This document shows positions 63,952 to 64,000 of a stretch of DNA of 64,000 bases, in pieces (position 1 is the stretch's first letter; each line of letters opens with the position of its first letter). The stretch comes from Azospirillaceae bacterium. Its GTDB lineage: Bacteria; Pseudomonadota; Alphaproteobacteria; Azospirillales; Azospirillaceae. Below the pieces are notes generated by a model. The model made no database searches. It had not been told where the DNA came from and saw nothing but the letters and a program-made list of their open reading frames with translations. The position numbers and the translations under genes were made by a program. The stretch is taken from assembly GCA_028283825.1 (NCBI GenBank), contig JAPWJW010000004.1:2292-66291 (forward strand), written 5' to 3'.

Positions 63952-64000
63952 GGGGTAGCCGTTCCATGACTTCACATCCCCCTGCGGGCGGCGTTGCCGC

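Noticed and set aside
1-64000. Scan by eye for tRNA/tmRNA T-loop motifs (GGTTCGAATCC-like), rRNA, integrase genes and reverse transcriptases (retron/DGR)
   Set aside because: None were recognised. A by-eye scan cannot fully exclude tRNAs or small RNAs, so tRNAscan/Infernal should be run.

Overview
High-GC, alphaproteobacterial-type chromosome segment (lineage is an inference from gene content: HWE histidine kinase, GguC/AraD1 plus Gfo/Idh/MocA L-arabinose dehydrogenase, GTA-type tail genes). Positions 2023-43816 are a complete-looking 41.8-kb Mu-like transposable prophage. It has transposed into a TetR-family regulator gene: 5-bp target duplication GCGAT (2018-2022 and 43817-43821), 5'-TG...CA-3' termini, imperfect terminal inverted repeats, and the two TetR halves rejoin in frame. 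Gene order is classic Mu. The left end carries a leftward XRE-type repressor facing a Ner-like gene across an operator region. Then come a ParB-like protein, the MuA-like DDE transposase, the MuB-like AAA+ ATPase and a long semi-essential early region of small ORFs (DUF3164-like, HU-like, XRE HTH, DUF5131/Gp37-Gp68, DUF2786, GemA-like). A Mor/C-type activator and a lysis cassette (SLT endolysin, overlapped spanin pair) follow. The late region holds Mu gp25-gp28-like genes including terminase, a portal-MuF fusion with an extra C-terminal domain, protease/scaffold and major capsid. It ends with a siphovirus tail (G/GT chaperone frameshift, tape measure, RcGTA g12-g15-like distal tail module) and a beta-helix tail fibre. 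Accessory or unusual content: two reverse-oriented, lower-GC3 genes inside rightward operons (a 96-aa helical protein and a lipoprotein), a duplicated 27-bp late-promoter element, a 350-bp non-coding block at the Mu G/I-equivalent junction, and a structured GC-rich non-coding element near the left end. The left flank has a DUF1636-like gene fragment and galE. The right flank has an alpha/beta hydrolase, a GAF-HWE histidine kinase, a GntR / PLP-enzyme / CUT1-type ABC transporter operon and a lower-GC TacA-TacT-like toxin-antitoxin pair. It continues with a TonB-dependent receptor and an arabinan/L-arabinose locus (GH51 arabinofuranosidase, GntR regulator, GguC/AraD1, L-arabinose 1-dehydrogenase-like, FucP/GluP-type MFS, mutarotase) that shares a conserved operator-like motif. 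Four genes (GemA-like, tape measure, histidine kinase, TonB receptor) each have a frame break consistent with one extra base, so sequencing error versus real decay must be resolved. No CRISPR array, rRNA or tRNA was recognised. All family assignments come from reading motifs by eye, not from searches.
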